Positions 11,850-25,574 of a stretch of 64,000 nt of DNA are shown piece by piece. How positions within the stretch are numbered: the stretch's first letter is position 1; every line of letters starts with the position of its first letter. The notes below the pieces were generated by a model, which searched no databases, was not told the DNA's origin, and worked only from the letters and a program-made list of their open reading frames with translations. The position numbers and the translations under genes are program-made. This stretch comes from Haliotis rufescens (lineage: Eukaryota), in assembly GCF_023055435.1 (NCBI RefSeq), contig NW_025964235.1, forward strand, positions 930,001 through 994,000. Direction: 5' to 3'.

Positions 11850-13402
11850 CATACCATATCCTTTAAGTTTGCGAAACAGCCATAATATACCATATCCTTT
11901 AAGCTTGCACAACAGCCATAATATACCATATCCTTTAAGTTTGCAAAACAGCCATAGTATACCATATCCTTTAAGTTTGCGAAACAGCCATAGTATACGA
12001 TATCCTTTAAGTTTGCACAACAGCCATAATATACCATATCCTTTAAGTTTGCACAACAGCCATAATATACCATATCCTTTAAGCTTGCACAACAGCCATA
12101 ATATACCATATCCTTTAAGTTTGCAAAACAGCCATAGTATACCATATCCTTTAAGTTTGCGAAACAGCCATAGTATACGATATCCTTTAAGTTTGCACAA
12201 CAGCCATAATATACCATATCCTTTAAGTTTGCACAACAGCCATAATATACCATATCCTTTAAGTTTGCACAACAGCCATAATATACCATATCCTTTAAGT
12301 TTGCACAACAGCCATAATATACCATATCCTTTAAGTTTGCACAACAGCCATAGTATACGATATCCTTTAAGTTTGCACAACAGCCATAATATACCATATC
12401 CTTTAAGTTTGCAAAACAGCCATAGTATACCATATCCTTCAAGTTTGCACAACAGCCATAGTATACCATATCCTTTAAGTTTGCACAACAGCCATAATAT
12501 ACCATATCCTTTAAGTTTGCACAACAGCCATAGTATACCATATCCTTCAAGTTTGCGAAACAGCCATAGTATACCATATCCTTTAAGTTTGCGAAACAGC
12601 CATAGTATACCATATCCTTTAAGTTTGCACAACAGCCATAATATACCATATCCTTTAAGTTTGCACAACAGCCATAATATACCATATCCTTTAAGTTTGC
12701 ACAACAGCCATAGTATACTATATCCTTTAAGTTTGCACAACAGCCATAATATACCATATCCTTTAAGTTTGCGAAACAGCCATAGTATACCATATCCTTT
12801 AAGTTTGCGAAACAGCCATAGTATACCATATCCTTTAAGTTTGCGAAACAGCCATAGTATACCATACCCTTTAAGTTTGCAAAACAGCCATAGTATACCA
12901 TATCCTTTAAGTTTGCACAACAGCCATAGTATACCATATCCTTTAAGTTTGCAAAACAGCCATAGTATACCATATCCTTCAAGTTTGCGAAACAGCCATA
13001 GTATACCATATCCTTTAAGTTTGCACAACAGCCATAGTATACCATATCCTTTAAGTTTGCAAAACAGCCATAGTATACCATATCCTTCAAGTTTGCACAA
13101 CAGCCATAGTATACCATATCATTTAAGCTTGCACAACAGCCATAATATACCATATCCTTTAAGTTTGCACAACAGCCATAATATACCATATCCTTTAAGC
13201 TTGCACAACAGCCATAATATACCATATCCTTTAAGCTTGCACAACAGCCATAATATACCATATCCTTTAAGCTTGCACAACAGCCATAATATACCATATC
13301 CTTTAAGCTTGCACAACAGCCATAATATACCATATCCTTCAAGCTTGCACAACAGCCATAATATACCATATCCTTCAAGCTTGCACAACAGCCATATTAT
13401 AC
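11850..13402. repeat. 36-bp minisatellite, ~43 copies
   Basis: Unit ataccatatcctttaagtttgcacaacagccataat; about 1.5 further units at 16503-16560. Confidence 0.97.
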
Positions 13403-16400
13403 AAATACATTAATTTCTTGAAACAGAACATGATATTTTTGTTTGTTTAATCACAAGAACCAGGGGGCACTTAAGCTGCTGAGTTAGCATATATATATTT
13501 GTAAGAGAATGTTATCTTTTGAAAAAGGAATAGGGCACATATACGTACATTGACAATTCTTGCAGTTCTGTTCTGTTGGAGAAAAGTACATGGAAATATC
13601 CTACCTTATGTATTTTTTCAGGGTTCTCACCAATAAAATAATAATTAGTGTGGCAGGACTTTCCATGTTTGATGCAGTATGCTCTCGTGTGCTTGACAGT
13701 GACACTCATGCATGTCCCCCAAAGGAACATGAACCATTGTGAAATGTGATCAACAGGTTTTCGTCTTCAGTCAATGTAATGTACAAAATTTCAAATAAAT
13801 GCAGATCATCACCAGCTTTGGATCTGACATACTTGATCATTTTGATGGGTTTCTGAATATACAGTCGGTATAGGTCCTTATGTTCTTTGTGTCTCAGCCT
13901 TCTGGGGGGAATGAAAAGAAATGTCCCTGTATACATGATTACCTTTGTCAGATGTATTTTGTCCTGTCAGCCACACCCCCTGACTTTATGTCACCTTATG
14001 TTGTTAATTTTTGCATACATGTACTGCTGCAAACCTGTTTTCCCTTGTATATGCAATCACAGTATCAAATTTCATCAGCTGGTGTGTCACAAGTTCCTCA
14101 GTGATGTGTATAAAAAGTGCCTTTGCCATCATGAAACAAGAAATGCCAAAAACAAAAGCATTTGCAATAAAGAAACCCACATTTGTCCTTCCTTGAATAA
14201 TCTTAGGTTTAGTGCTTGAAATTTTCAGTGTCATAAATCATTATTGTCTAAATTTCATAAGGATTTTTCTTTGATGGACCAACGTCAAACCATCTGACAG
14301 AAAAGGATTATAACTTTAAAAGCCCTCATTTCTGAGGTGTCCATATTTTTAAGATTTGTTTATACTTTTAGGACAAAACATAAGCCATCTTCCTGAGCTT
14401 GGTTACGTAAACAAATACTTGTTTAAAATGTGAAATGGAATTCCACTGATTAGAAATCTTTTTTTATCCCATTGTTCTACGAAATCCATTTAAAATGTGC
14501 TTTTTGTAAGTAAAATGTCTTGAGAGTTTGTACCCAAACAGGTACCGGTATGTGCTTTTGTGCCCAGAATATTTTTGTATTACAGTTTTGTAGTTTCAAA
14601 CTTACACTTTGCTTTTTGTATGAAAAAGTTAATTCATTATCACTTTTCTGTCAAAATACTAGATCTACAATTAACTTACGGTTTACGAATTTACTGGCCT
14701 CCTCTCCAGTGACAAGAATATATTACTTTCCTGTCACAATCAATCAATTTGAGTTGTGCCAATGTGGACTGACTTCACACAAGGACCAGGTACATTTAGG
14801 TTAGTCATATTATGAACTTGATGAAATGTTTTATCATTTTGTTCAGCTCATTGTTTGCAATAAACATGAAAAAATATAATATGATCAAACAGATTTAGTT
14901 TAGTTTTCTTGGGTACAAAATCACCAAATACTTTGGGTACAAAATCACATAGGCCCTACATTCATCCAGTCTACGTGAGTACCTACTTTCATCCGTTCTG
15001 AAGATTGGGGAGGGGGAGTAAACGTTTTAAAAACAATCCTTAATATTCTAAAAAGTCCTTCTTTCAATGAAAGACCAATAACAATATTCTGTTGTTATTA
15101 TAATTGCATATCAATATGTTATCTCGCTCTCCGCTGCCGTCGTTTTCAGAAAATATTTTTCAAAGATAAGATAAGATAAGATAAGATAGTATTTTATTTG
15201 CGTGTCACGCAGTATAAAAATACATACATTCAAAGTACAAGACAAAATATATAATATACCACCCGGCCGGTTGGCCTATGAGACACGAGAGATAAAAAAA
15301 TAGCTCAGTTTTATATGAAGAGATTATGTAAGTATCGTTTAGTGAGATACTTGTGGATCAGAAGTGCACTACTTACAATGCAAGTTGAAATTTTCTTCTT
15401 TTATACATAGCAGTAGCAACTGCGGCTAGGGGAATAGCTAGACTGTCATTCTGCATAACATATATAAATTGGTCTTCTGGGGTTAAACTTCTTAGACAAG
15501 TATGTATTGTAAAAAACAAATGAGAATAGTCATATCGTAGATCAAATCACCGAGCATGGAATCCTTTACGGTTCCGGATTTAGACTTACAAATTTGATTT
15601 TACGCATCGGCGGCAGTCACGAATAAATATCGAACAAATAGGAGTTGCTAGATAGTTAACAGTTGTCGAAAAATAGTAAACTATGTATTTTCTTTTGAAT
15701 TTGAATTTATTTCGGATTTTTTTTATGATAGCTTACCAACTTTTGCATATTTTGCTTCGATGTGTCATGCGGTACGTGCTTCCGGTTTCAGAAATGATAG
15801 CTAAAATTGCAAGTATTTGATTATTTTTCGTAAACTGCATTTAAATCATTTGCAAACTCTATAAAAATGAGATATGTTTTTACACAGATTTATACATGCT
15901 TGTCAATAATTCTAGAAAATTAAGTTAGATGAAACAAAATTATTGTAATAGTCTTACGGGATCACTGTGCATGTGGAGTTGTTTGTTTACCGCCGTTGCC
16001 ATGATCGTACAAGTTCCATCCAATCGATGATGTTACGATTCAGATTGCTTTTGTTTATAATTAATAACATCGAAATTTGCTAATTTTTAGAAATTAAGGA
16101 ACCTGAGTGTTTTTCTTTCGTCAGCAAACAGTAAATTATGATCGAATGTGATAAATGATCACATTATAAAGAAAATATCGGACTGCATGCCGATCAACGT
16201 GAAGTGCCAAAAGTCAACAATGGCCGTTTCTGGTAGTTGTGTGCCGAGAAGTTTTGCCGAAACTTTTTAAACCCGCGATATTTTCTTTTTGAGGTAAATA
16301 CACAACTGAAAGTTTTGATATTGAGCAAGCTGAGCATTTATGCATGTCATACGTAATTTTAATGTTACGCAAAGCCTTCTTGGTTAATAGAATAGTTTTG

Positions 16401-16734
16401 TTTGTGGGTGTCCTTATGCTATTCGCCTGTCGAACTGGTTGGACGGTAGCAACACGGCTAGTGACACACTCTGTCGAACTGGTTCGACAGTAGCGTTGAG
16501 AGCTTTAAGTTTTCTAAACAGCCATATTATACCACATCCTTTTAGATTGCACAACAGCAATACACGATCACACATCACAACATACAAATCCTCTCATTTA
16601 TCTAAAGCACAACAAACATTGTGATAGAGTTCAATGTGTTGATGAACAGTGGGATGTCCAGATTGGAAGTCTGGCTTATACAATAGCTTATTATCAAGAT
16701 GGTAATTTGACATACACTTAAACTACTCTTTCAA

Positions 16735-17480
16735 ATATCTTGTAACGTGTTAAACTGGCTGGAAAGTTATTTAGACCATAAACATCAAAAGGTATTTTTA
16801 AAAGGGGCATTGTTAAGTCCTCAATATTTGACAGCTGCAGTGCCACAACGCTCGGTCCTGGGGCCTTTCGTATCTATTATATATTTTAATGATATTGCGG
16901 ATCGTCTTGACAAGGTTGTTTGCAGATGAAACTTCTCTGGGTACATCTTCTTCTGGGCATCATATCATAGAAATCATGTTGAAAAGAAATCTTGACTACA
17001 TAAACAATTGGACTAAAACTTGGCTTATATGATACAGTCCAGACAAAACGGAAGCGATTCTGTGGAAGGAGCTAATTCAAACTTGAGATTGATAATTGAC
17101 TCTAAAGAAATACAAACTGTAACAGCTCATAAGCATCTCTTCGGGTGGTAAATTGTCCAATCATAGTAATAATTTGATTAAACCCACTGCAAAAATGATT
17201 AAATACATGCGAAACTTAAAGCATACGCTAAATAAAAAGATTCTTACCACAATTTATATCATTTTCATACATCCGCATCTTGAATATACTTGTGAGATAT
17301 TGGTTGGTTGTTCGATAGAACTAAAGGAAAAACTTGAAAACCCCAGTTTGAGGCAGCTCGTAAAGCTACGGGGTTACCCAAATATGCCCCCCGGTATGCA
17401 CTCTATTTTGGAACGGGTTGAAACACACGTACAGAAAGAAGAACGTACCGCTAGCTTTGCTTGTTTAATAAAATTAACAA
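16735..17480 (+). pseudogene. CR1/L2-type LINE ORF2 fragment (RT core and downstream)
   Basis: LNWLESYL..QKV..AVPQRSVLGP..IYFNDI, then (F)ADET in another frame, and IYIIFIHPHLEY. Confidence 0.85.
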
Positions 17481-17736
17481 CTATGTAACCAAATACTGAG
17501 GATTAATTATCAGTGTACAAGGTAAGAAACGCACGAAATAGACCAATAATTATGTCTATAAGTATATCACCTACACCAAAAAAAATAAATACGCGTAAAA
17601 CTCTTTCCTGATGCTTCTCTCTGTCTTCTGTACACATTTAAAGTATAACATAATATATCGCTAATCATGTAAATAATGTGGGAGGGGGCTATATAAAATT
17701 CCAATTGTGTCCAATCCATTTCTTTGTGAAACAAAT

Positions 17737-18232
17737 CAAGCATGGGGTACTGGGGACCTAGCCTGCTCAGGAAACCCCACAGGGAGACAAGCATGGGGTA
17801 CTGGGGACCTAGCCTGCTCAGGAAAGCCCACAGGGAGACAAGCGTGGGGTACGCGGGACCTAGCCTGCTCAGGAAAGCCCACAGGGAGACAAGCATGGGG
17901 TAATGGGGACCTAGCCTGCTCAGGAAAGCCCACAGGGAGACAAGCATGGGGTAATGGGGGCCGATCCTGCCCAGGAAAGCCCACAGGGAGAAACGCATGG
18001 GGTAATGGGGACCGATCCTGCCCAGGAAAGCCCACAGGGAGAAACGCATGGGGTAATGGGGAACGATCCTGCTCAGGAAAGCCCACAGGGAGACAAGCAT
18101 TGGGTAATGGGGACCGATCCTGCTCAGGAAAGCCCACAGGGAGACAAGCATGGGGTAATGGGGACCTAGCCTGCTCAGGAAAGCCCACAGGGAGACAAGC
18201 ATGGGGTAATGGGGACCGATCCTGCCCAGGAA
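17737..18232. repeat. 51-bp minisatellite, ~10 copies, related to the 10255 array
   Basis: Unit aagcatggggtaatggggacctagcctgctcaggaaagcccacagggagac. Confidence 0.95.
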
Positions 18233-19036
18233 TTCCTTTGGGTAGATAAGTATGGAGCTCCCGGGACCTTACAATGTAATAGTGTAGAAGTGACCTTGTG
18301 AACCAGTATTGGGTACTGGTGACCTCATTATGAACAAGCACCGTTTTTTTCTCAAAAAAGTTTCAATCGATCCATAATGTGTATTTTGCAACATGATCTA
18401 CATCGTTAATGGCGGAACATGATGTCTTCACAAACTCAAAACCCAATATCAATGATAATCTTTCCATATCATTTTACCCATGTGGTGGACTCGGTCAGGG
18501 TAGATCCCCTGTATTTCTTGCCTGTCGTAAAGACCAGCAAACCACATGGAGGGTGGATGGTCAGGCTCTGTGACTTGTCTCAATGTGGCATTGGATAACT
18601 ATGTTGTTTTTTCTTTGTTGATGATAAGATTATTTAGAAAACCCTTTTTCATCAATAATGTATTTTTCGTTAATATTTTCTCTATACATTTACTATTCAA
18701 CGACGGATCAGCAACAAAATCCTAAAACTTTGCTGAAATGGAATATGACAGCCGAGGCGACCATATTTAATGTACTACGTTTATAACGAACAAGCTGTTA
18801 ACGAACTGACGGATATAACGNNNNNNNNNNNNNNNNNNNNNNNNNNNNNNNNNNNNNNNNNNNNNNNNNNNNNNNNNNNNNNNNNNNNNNNNNNNNNNNN
18901 NNNNNNNNNNNNNNNNNNNNNNNNNNNNNNNNNNNNNNNNNNNNNNNNNNNNNNNNNNNNNNNNNNNNNNNNNNNNNNNNNNNNNNNNNNNNNNACCAAA
19001 ACACATAAATATTAATGGAAAACACGTAAGCGTGAT

Positions 19037-21290
19037 GTGTTTATAGGAAGTACAACATCCTTCAACGAGCTTATCGATCTTTTATCTTTTGATTTCAATC
19101 TTGCCCTCGAAAAAATTGTTAATGTTGTCCTTTGTGCCGCTGACTGTATGAAGGTACCTTTTGTTAAAAGTTCACCCCGAAATACGGGGTTTTATAATAG
19201 TGAATGCAGACGAGCAAAACGGGAGGCAAGGCGATACATGAGGAAATTCAAAGAGATGAAATCTAACGAAAATGAGTTAATCTTTTGTAAAATGAGAAAC
19301 AAGTATAAACATGTTTGCAGAACAGCAAAATCAAATTATCAATTTATGACACGAACAAAACTAAAGCTATCTCTATCTGATTCAACCACATTTTGGAAAG
19401 AGTTACGGAGTATATCAGGTCGTAGGGAAACAAAGAATAACATAAGTAAAGAGTGCTGGTTTGATCATTTTACAAACGTTTTTCAGTGTACAGATGTATT
19501 ACATGCTGAAGTCGAATGTCAATGTCATGAAGATTTTATACTTTATGAGATTGACCAGTGTATTTTGGAGTCGCCCATTACCGACTCAGAAATCCACAAG
19601 GCTATACATCGTTTAAAGAATGGCAAATCCCCTGGTGTTGATGACGTGGTCATTGAAATGTTAAAATGTTGTGAAAATGTAATAACTCCTTTCCTACGAA
19701 ATTTGTTCAATAAGTTATTTGATTCTGGATTATTTCCTGAGAACTGGACGAAAGCTATCATCCTTCCACTACATAAGAAAGGTAACAAAAACTTAAGTGT
19801 CTTAAACTCTAGACTTACAATCTGGGCTAATATAAGAAGTAAACTACCCGAGACACAAGCAGGGTTTAGACAGGGATATTCTCCTGCTGATCACATATTC
19901 ACGTTGAATGCAATTGTTAACAAATGTTTATCGAAAAGAAAATGGAAATTATACGTTGCTTTTGTGGATTTTAAAAAAGCGTTTGATTCAGTAAATCACC
20001 TTAAGCTATGGGAGTGTCTGAACGATGTAGGCTTGGGTGGAAAGATGATGAGAGCACTTAAGGGAATCTATGCCTCCGTGAAAGCGTGTGTGAGATGTAA
20101 TGATAACATTTATACAGAATATTTTGATTGTCCTAACGGAGTTAAACAAGCCCTCTATTATTTTCCTGTTTCATCAATCAACTGTCAAATGATGTTTCAT
20201 CACATGGGAAACACGGCGTACAACTATTTCCAGACTTGTTTGAAATATTATTATTATTGTTTGCCGATGATGTTATTCTTGTCTCTGACACAGCAACTGG
20301 TTTACAGAACCAACTTAATATTCTTGAAAAGTTTGCAGATTCACACGGATTAACGGTAAATTTAGATAAAACGAGTGTTGTTGTATTTAGACGAGGAGGG
20401 CGGTTATCTGTTCATGAGAAATGGTTCTATAAAGGCAATCGCCAACTCCTACAGATATCTTGGGTTTGTATTCTTATATACATCAAAGATGAACCAGTGT
20501 GTTTCAGATCTAGCATCAAGGGGTAAATCGAGCTTTAATGGAAATATTTCGCAATCTACGGAAGATTGGTTTTGTTGACACTTCAGTTTTCTATAAAATA
20601 TTTGATACTCAGATTCAACCTATTCTTTTACATGGTGCGGAAATGTGGGGTGTAGAAAAATTAGAACAAGTGCATATTATGGCTTGTAAGAAGTTTCTTA
20701 ACGTTGGTTTGCAAACTCCAAATGCTATTGTGTATGCGGTCAGTACATGTAAATGCTATGTGTCGTTCTGTAAAGTATAGGCTAAAAGTGATTAAAATGG
20801 ACGAAGATGGGATACCAAGAAAATCTTGTAATACGCTTGTATATAACGACAAGTGTGGTCGTCATAACTATGCTTCTTCTATTCGTTCCATATTATTTTC
20901 TCACGGATTCGGAGTAGTTTGGCTCAGTCATGCTGTTGGCGACAACATGAATAGTTTTTAAAACGTTTTGATAAATATGTTCTACCAATCATGGAATAGT
21001 ACTATCAAGGCTAGTTCTAGGTACATCCTGTATAAAGAGTTTAAAAGTATCCTGGAAAAAGAAAAATTCCTTTCTATTATTACTGAAATAGAGTATCGCA
21101 ATGTTATGATAAGTCTTAGAGCCGGGCTACTAAGACTTAAGGTAAACGAAGGTAGATGGGCTGACATTGATTTACGCTTACGGCTCTGCCCCATATGTAA
21201 AACAAGTACAGAGAATGAATATCATTTTACTTTAGAATGTGAATATTACAACGATATTAGACAACTGTATTTACAAACAACTTTTTGCCA
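19037..21290 (+). pseudogene. Frameshifted non-LTR retrotransposon ORF2 (RTEX/L2-like reverse transcriptase)
   Basis: KSPGVD, PLHKKG, QAGFR, DHIFTL, AFVDFKKAFDSV, GVKQ, LLFADD, YRYLG, QPILLHGAEMWG and C-terminal CPIC..ENEYHF..C spread over several frames. Confidence 0.9.
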
Positions 21291-21467
21291 CAATATAACG
21301 AACTCCGGTTCCAACGAACTAAAATTAGTGGTCCATTTAGGTCGTTATAACCGCAGTTTACTGTTATGACAGTCAACAAGCAATGGCCTTGACATCTCTG
21401 CAAACGTCATACCTTCATAACAGCAGTTGTGCCAGAGACGAAGGTTGTCGGACATATGTACACACAC

Positions 21468-22334
21468 TAGGGCTTCCACGAGTCCATATTTTTGGACTCG
21501 AGTACCTGAGGGGTGAAAATAGGACGTCCTTTAAGAATATTGGTTAATTAGATCAAAATTGCCATCTTAAAGTATTAAAACATGTTATAAGTATAATTGA
21601 ACTGCACTGAAATGTAAATAGAGAGCGTCTACGGAACTTGTTTATCTGTCAAAGTGTACGGAAGTGTTCAGTGTTAATGTTTGCTTGTAACTGCACTAAT
21701 CTTAATCACGACCTTCAAAAACATAACGTCACGTCTACAAATACTACAATACATATTGAACACAAACCAAGTTTTTTTCTGACGATCAGCGTTTCATTCG
21801 ACACCTGCCAACAAGCACGAACAATAATTCGCAGGAAGAAAATCGATAATGTGCATCACGTGACATACACGTATACATAGCTGCTGGGCTGCTAGACTAA
21901 GGCCGCTAAATATTGAAATGAAGTACTATAAGTTCATTCATTCATGAGTTAGTCACGTTTTTAAACTGTACCAAACTGTCGACCTGTCGCTTGGTTTGTA
22001 AGCACTGAAAAAGCACATATATATCAGCTAATCAGTTGTTAATCTGTGTAATTATACACTTGGCATTTGAGTCGGAGCAAAGAAGCAATAATTAAAAACA
22101 ATAATTACGTCTATTTTATGTGACATTCTCAATTGTTCTAATGTACATCTACTTTCTACAAAGAATACATTATTCAAACAATATTTTTTGAAGCTTTAAT
22201 CAATATATTGATGAACAATTGAACATTGAAACAGAGTGATCTCCCCTTATCAAGTACTCGAGTCCTTGATAACGGACTTGGGTCCCAGTAAAACCGACCC
22301 GGCCCCGAGTACTCGAGTACTCGTTGAAGCCCTA
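21468..22334. mobile_element. Non-autonomous hAT-type DNA transposon (867 bp)
   Basis: TIR TAGGGCTTC(C/A)ACGAGT at both ends; 8-bp TSD acacacac at 21460-21467 and 22335-22342. Confidence 0.85.
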
Positions 22335-22357
22335 ACACACACTCAACCACCCGGGCC

Positions 22358-22470
22358 TGCAGTAAAGATTTGGTCTTCATTGCAGTAAAGATTTGGTCTT
22401 CATTGCAGTAAAGATTTGGTCTTCATTGCAGTAAAGATTTGGTCTTCATTGCAGTAAAGATGTGGTCTTC
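22358..22470. repeat. 23-bp tandem repeat, ~5 copies, abutting the head of the adjacent SINE
   Basis: tgcagtaaagatttggtcttcat repeated. Confidence 0.9.
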
Positions 22471-22660
22471 AGCAACCCATGGTAAGAGGTGACTAACGGG
22501 ATCGGGTGGTCAGACCTGCTGACTTATTGATGCACGTCAATGTGTCCCAATTGCGTAGATCGAAGATCATGATGTCAATCACTGGAATGTCTGGTCCAGA
22601 TTCGATCATTTACAGACCGCCGTCATATAGCTAAGCGGGGCGTAAAACAGCGAACAAACA
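22462..22660 (+). mobile_element. SINE family 2 copy
   Basis: ggtcttcagcaacccatg..gactaacgggatcgggtggtcag..tacagaccgccgtcatatagct. Confidence 0.75.
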
Positions 22661-23139
22661 CTCACCCTCTGGTCACACCCTCCTCGGCAGTGCAGTTTGT
22701 CTAGCTTTTGTTGGCGAGAACCAGCGAATAAAAATCTATCTCAAATGCAACGTCAGGATTCATTGCCTCTCAGCCGACTCGCTTGGCCCATCAACCCAGC
22801 GAGTAGATTAACTAAATTCGACAGGCTCCGACGTATTTAATCAGTATCTGTTAGTGTGCAGGGTTGACGTTCCATGCATGAGTCATGCTAATCCTAGGGC
22901 CAGGGTATACAGTACAGATACATACCTGAGAGTGTTAACCCCAAATCCTAGGTAACGCGATAGTCGCGATCTAGTCCATAGTTCACAGCAATGTACGAAC
23001 TCACATTCAGTTGTAGTTGCACATCGATTTCTATGCCACGCTACTCCACCAATCTTTCCACGTAGTGAAGCGATGTAAGGGCGATAACTCTAATACCCGG
23101 AAGTTGTTGCGAAGTGTTTTGTGTGAGGAGTGAGTGTGT

Positions 23140-23312
23140 TTGTTGTTTCGGATATTTCACGACAAATAATCGAGTCTGGGCAAAAATATACAGTTGACGT
23201 CGGGCTACGATGACAAGCAATCAGCCAAGTCGTCAAACCTGAACACAGGATCCATTAAGTGACCTTTGCAACAAACTGTTCTGGGGGATCATGTTTAACC
23301 TTGATCCCACGG
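23140..23312 (-). mobile_element. Degenerate SINE family 2 copy
   Basis: aaataatcgagtctgg..caatcagccaagtc..cctga..gatcc resembles the reverse complement of 150-347. Confidence 0.5.
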
Positions 23313-24639
23313 TGTGGTGCATGGCTACAAAACGTCCGGACACGTATATAATGGTAATTGAAGACATACCATATTTAAACGGGTCATCACCCACAATCCA
23401 GAAACAGGAGATATAATGAACACGTCGAAAGTTTAATCGCAGGGACTTGAGGGCCGCTTGTAATCCAGTTATCACAATATGTTGTTGGGGCAATTCTTAA
23501 ACTAATTGATACATTCTCTAAATTCGGATGCATTCATCAAACGTTATACTATAATTCAATACTATAATGCCACAGTCGCTGTCATTTAGATTTATCACAG
23601 TTGAGAAATAATTAGTAACAGTAAAAGAAATGTAGTAGGCCGGGTATCTCAATTAAAACTCGTGTACTACTTTACTTGGATGTCACAGGTCTGGCTATCT
23701 ACCTGGAGAATAACTTTACTTGAATTCAACACGTCAGACTAACTCCCTGAAAAGAATATCTTCACTTAGATGTCACATGTCCGCCCATTTCTTCCCAGAT
23801 AATCTTTTTACTTAGAAGCCGCATATATGCCGATCTACCAGGAGAAATTGTTTCGACTTAGGTAAGTATATTAGTATGAGGCCGGTAAATTGACATTGAA
23901 ATTTAGATTGTAAGCATTGGAAAGCTGTAACTTGTTGTGAACTCGTGAACTGGAACAACAGGTTCGTTTGCAGTTCTATATGGAGCATCTTATGCTCGCT
24001 GCAACGATAGTATGTTGGTCTCGATAAGCTTAGTCTCCTTAGAGAGAGTCGACTGTACTCCCGGGCAATATCCCAACAAGGCCGCGGAAAGTGACACCGA
24101 TGTCTATCTGCAAAGCTAATGTGTATTACATGTCATACTGATAACCCTACCTGCCTTATCTGGCTGGTGCACACCATAGTTTTGCTCACATAGCTCCTGC
24201 ACGTTACGTACACCTACTTACCTGGGCTGATGTTGCTGTAATGTTGAAGGGAGGTGGTGACCAAGCCTTATGAGAAACTGCTTACATCGTCTTACATTGT
24301 TACTGACGAAACTGTGACGGGTATGGGCAGTAGAGTAGACGAGAATGGACACATGAACTAAGAAATCTAACACGTGAACGCTGAGCTATGAATGCTAATA
24401 CTTCGTAACCCAGTACTAACATGTACAGTGAAACATGATCTAACTCTCGACTAGGGTGCAGTTGTATGAAGCAACCTAAGCGCTACGACTGTCTTAAGTC
24501 TGTGTCAGGTATGGGTGTCACGATCGCCTTAGTGGAGACCACCCTGGTGGACTGCCGTATCTAAACACACTGCATGAATATGGTGCACACCTCTATCTAA
24601 TTAGCACATGTACGTTATACGTGTAATATTCTGATACCT

Positions 24640-24723
24640 ACATCACTTCGGGGTTTCGTCCTATGTGATATCACTGGAATACTTTTCATTACGGGGTTAA
24701 ACCCAACATACTCACTCACTCTC
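24640..24723 (+). mobile_element. 3' fragment of a related SINE
   Basis: catcacttcggggtttc..gtgatatcactggaatact..ggggttaaaccc..(actc)n tail. Confidence 0.55.
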
Positions 24724-24797
24724 TCCATAAGCATAATTCACCCTGTTCTTTTTCGGTCTCCTGACAATTATGTTGAAACAGTGGTAGTCTACTGTTC

Positions 24798-24895
24798 AGT
24801 GTGCGTGTGTATTTGTATGTATATGCATGCACGCGCGTACCGGCGTGCGTGCGTGCGTGCGTGCGTGCATATGTGTGCGTGTGCGTGTGTGTGTT
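24798..24895. repeat. (CGTG)n/(TG)n microsatellite
   Basis: Seen directly. Confidence 0.85.
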
Positions 24896-25574
24896 CGTTC
24901 GACAATGTTATTGCGGATGCATTGTCTCGAGTTGTTTGAATGTGATCAGTTCTGACTACAAACATGATTTGCATATTTTGTAAACATTTATCTTATTCAA
25001 CATGTATAACATGTATTATTATGTTCTGTACTTGGCAAAGTTTGTCCTCACGATGTTAAAACTTTCTTTCTCGGAAGGGGGAGATCGCTATATGGCAGTG
25101 TATTTCATTGTTGAACAATGATTGTAACTGTGTTACATTGTAGAGATTCGGCAGACGCTCATTGTACATGTATTGTGTTTGGGCATTGATTAGTCGTCAG
25201 GAATGTGATACCGTTTCATCTTAGCAGTCGTCAGGAAGTTACTATGCTTTGATGCGAGTGTGGTGTGTAAACTTCCGGTATACCGCGGACGGTGATAGAA
25301 TGTTGTGGAGAATTCTGTCATGTTCTGGCACCTTAAGCTTTCGACTGGTTAGAGCACTGTGTGTAACATCCCAGTGGCTGGGGAGGTTATATATGTAGTT
25401 GGGCAAGAGCGTGTTTGCGTATCCCTCACACATGCTATCACATACGCATTTTCATCACGCCCAGACCAGTTTTCATGTTAGGATCGCTCATCATCCCTGA
25501 TATCACTGAAGCTTTAATATTATTACTACCACTGACTTTTGCTATTACCACTGTATTTTTGTATTTAATACTGA

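Noticed and set aside
11799-13413. 433-520 aa Cys/Tyr- or His-rich ORFs
   Set aside because: Translations of a 36-bp minisatellite lying inside a dead LINE; no unique termini or splice context.
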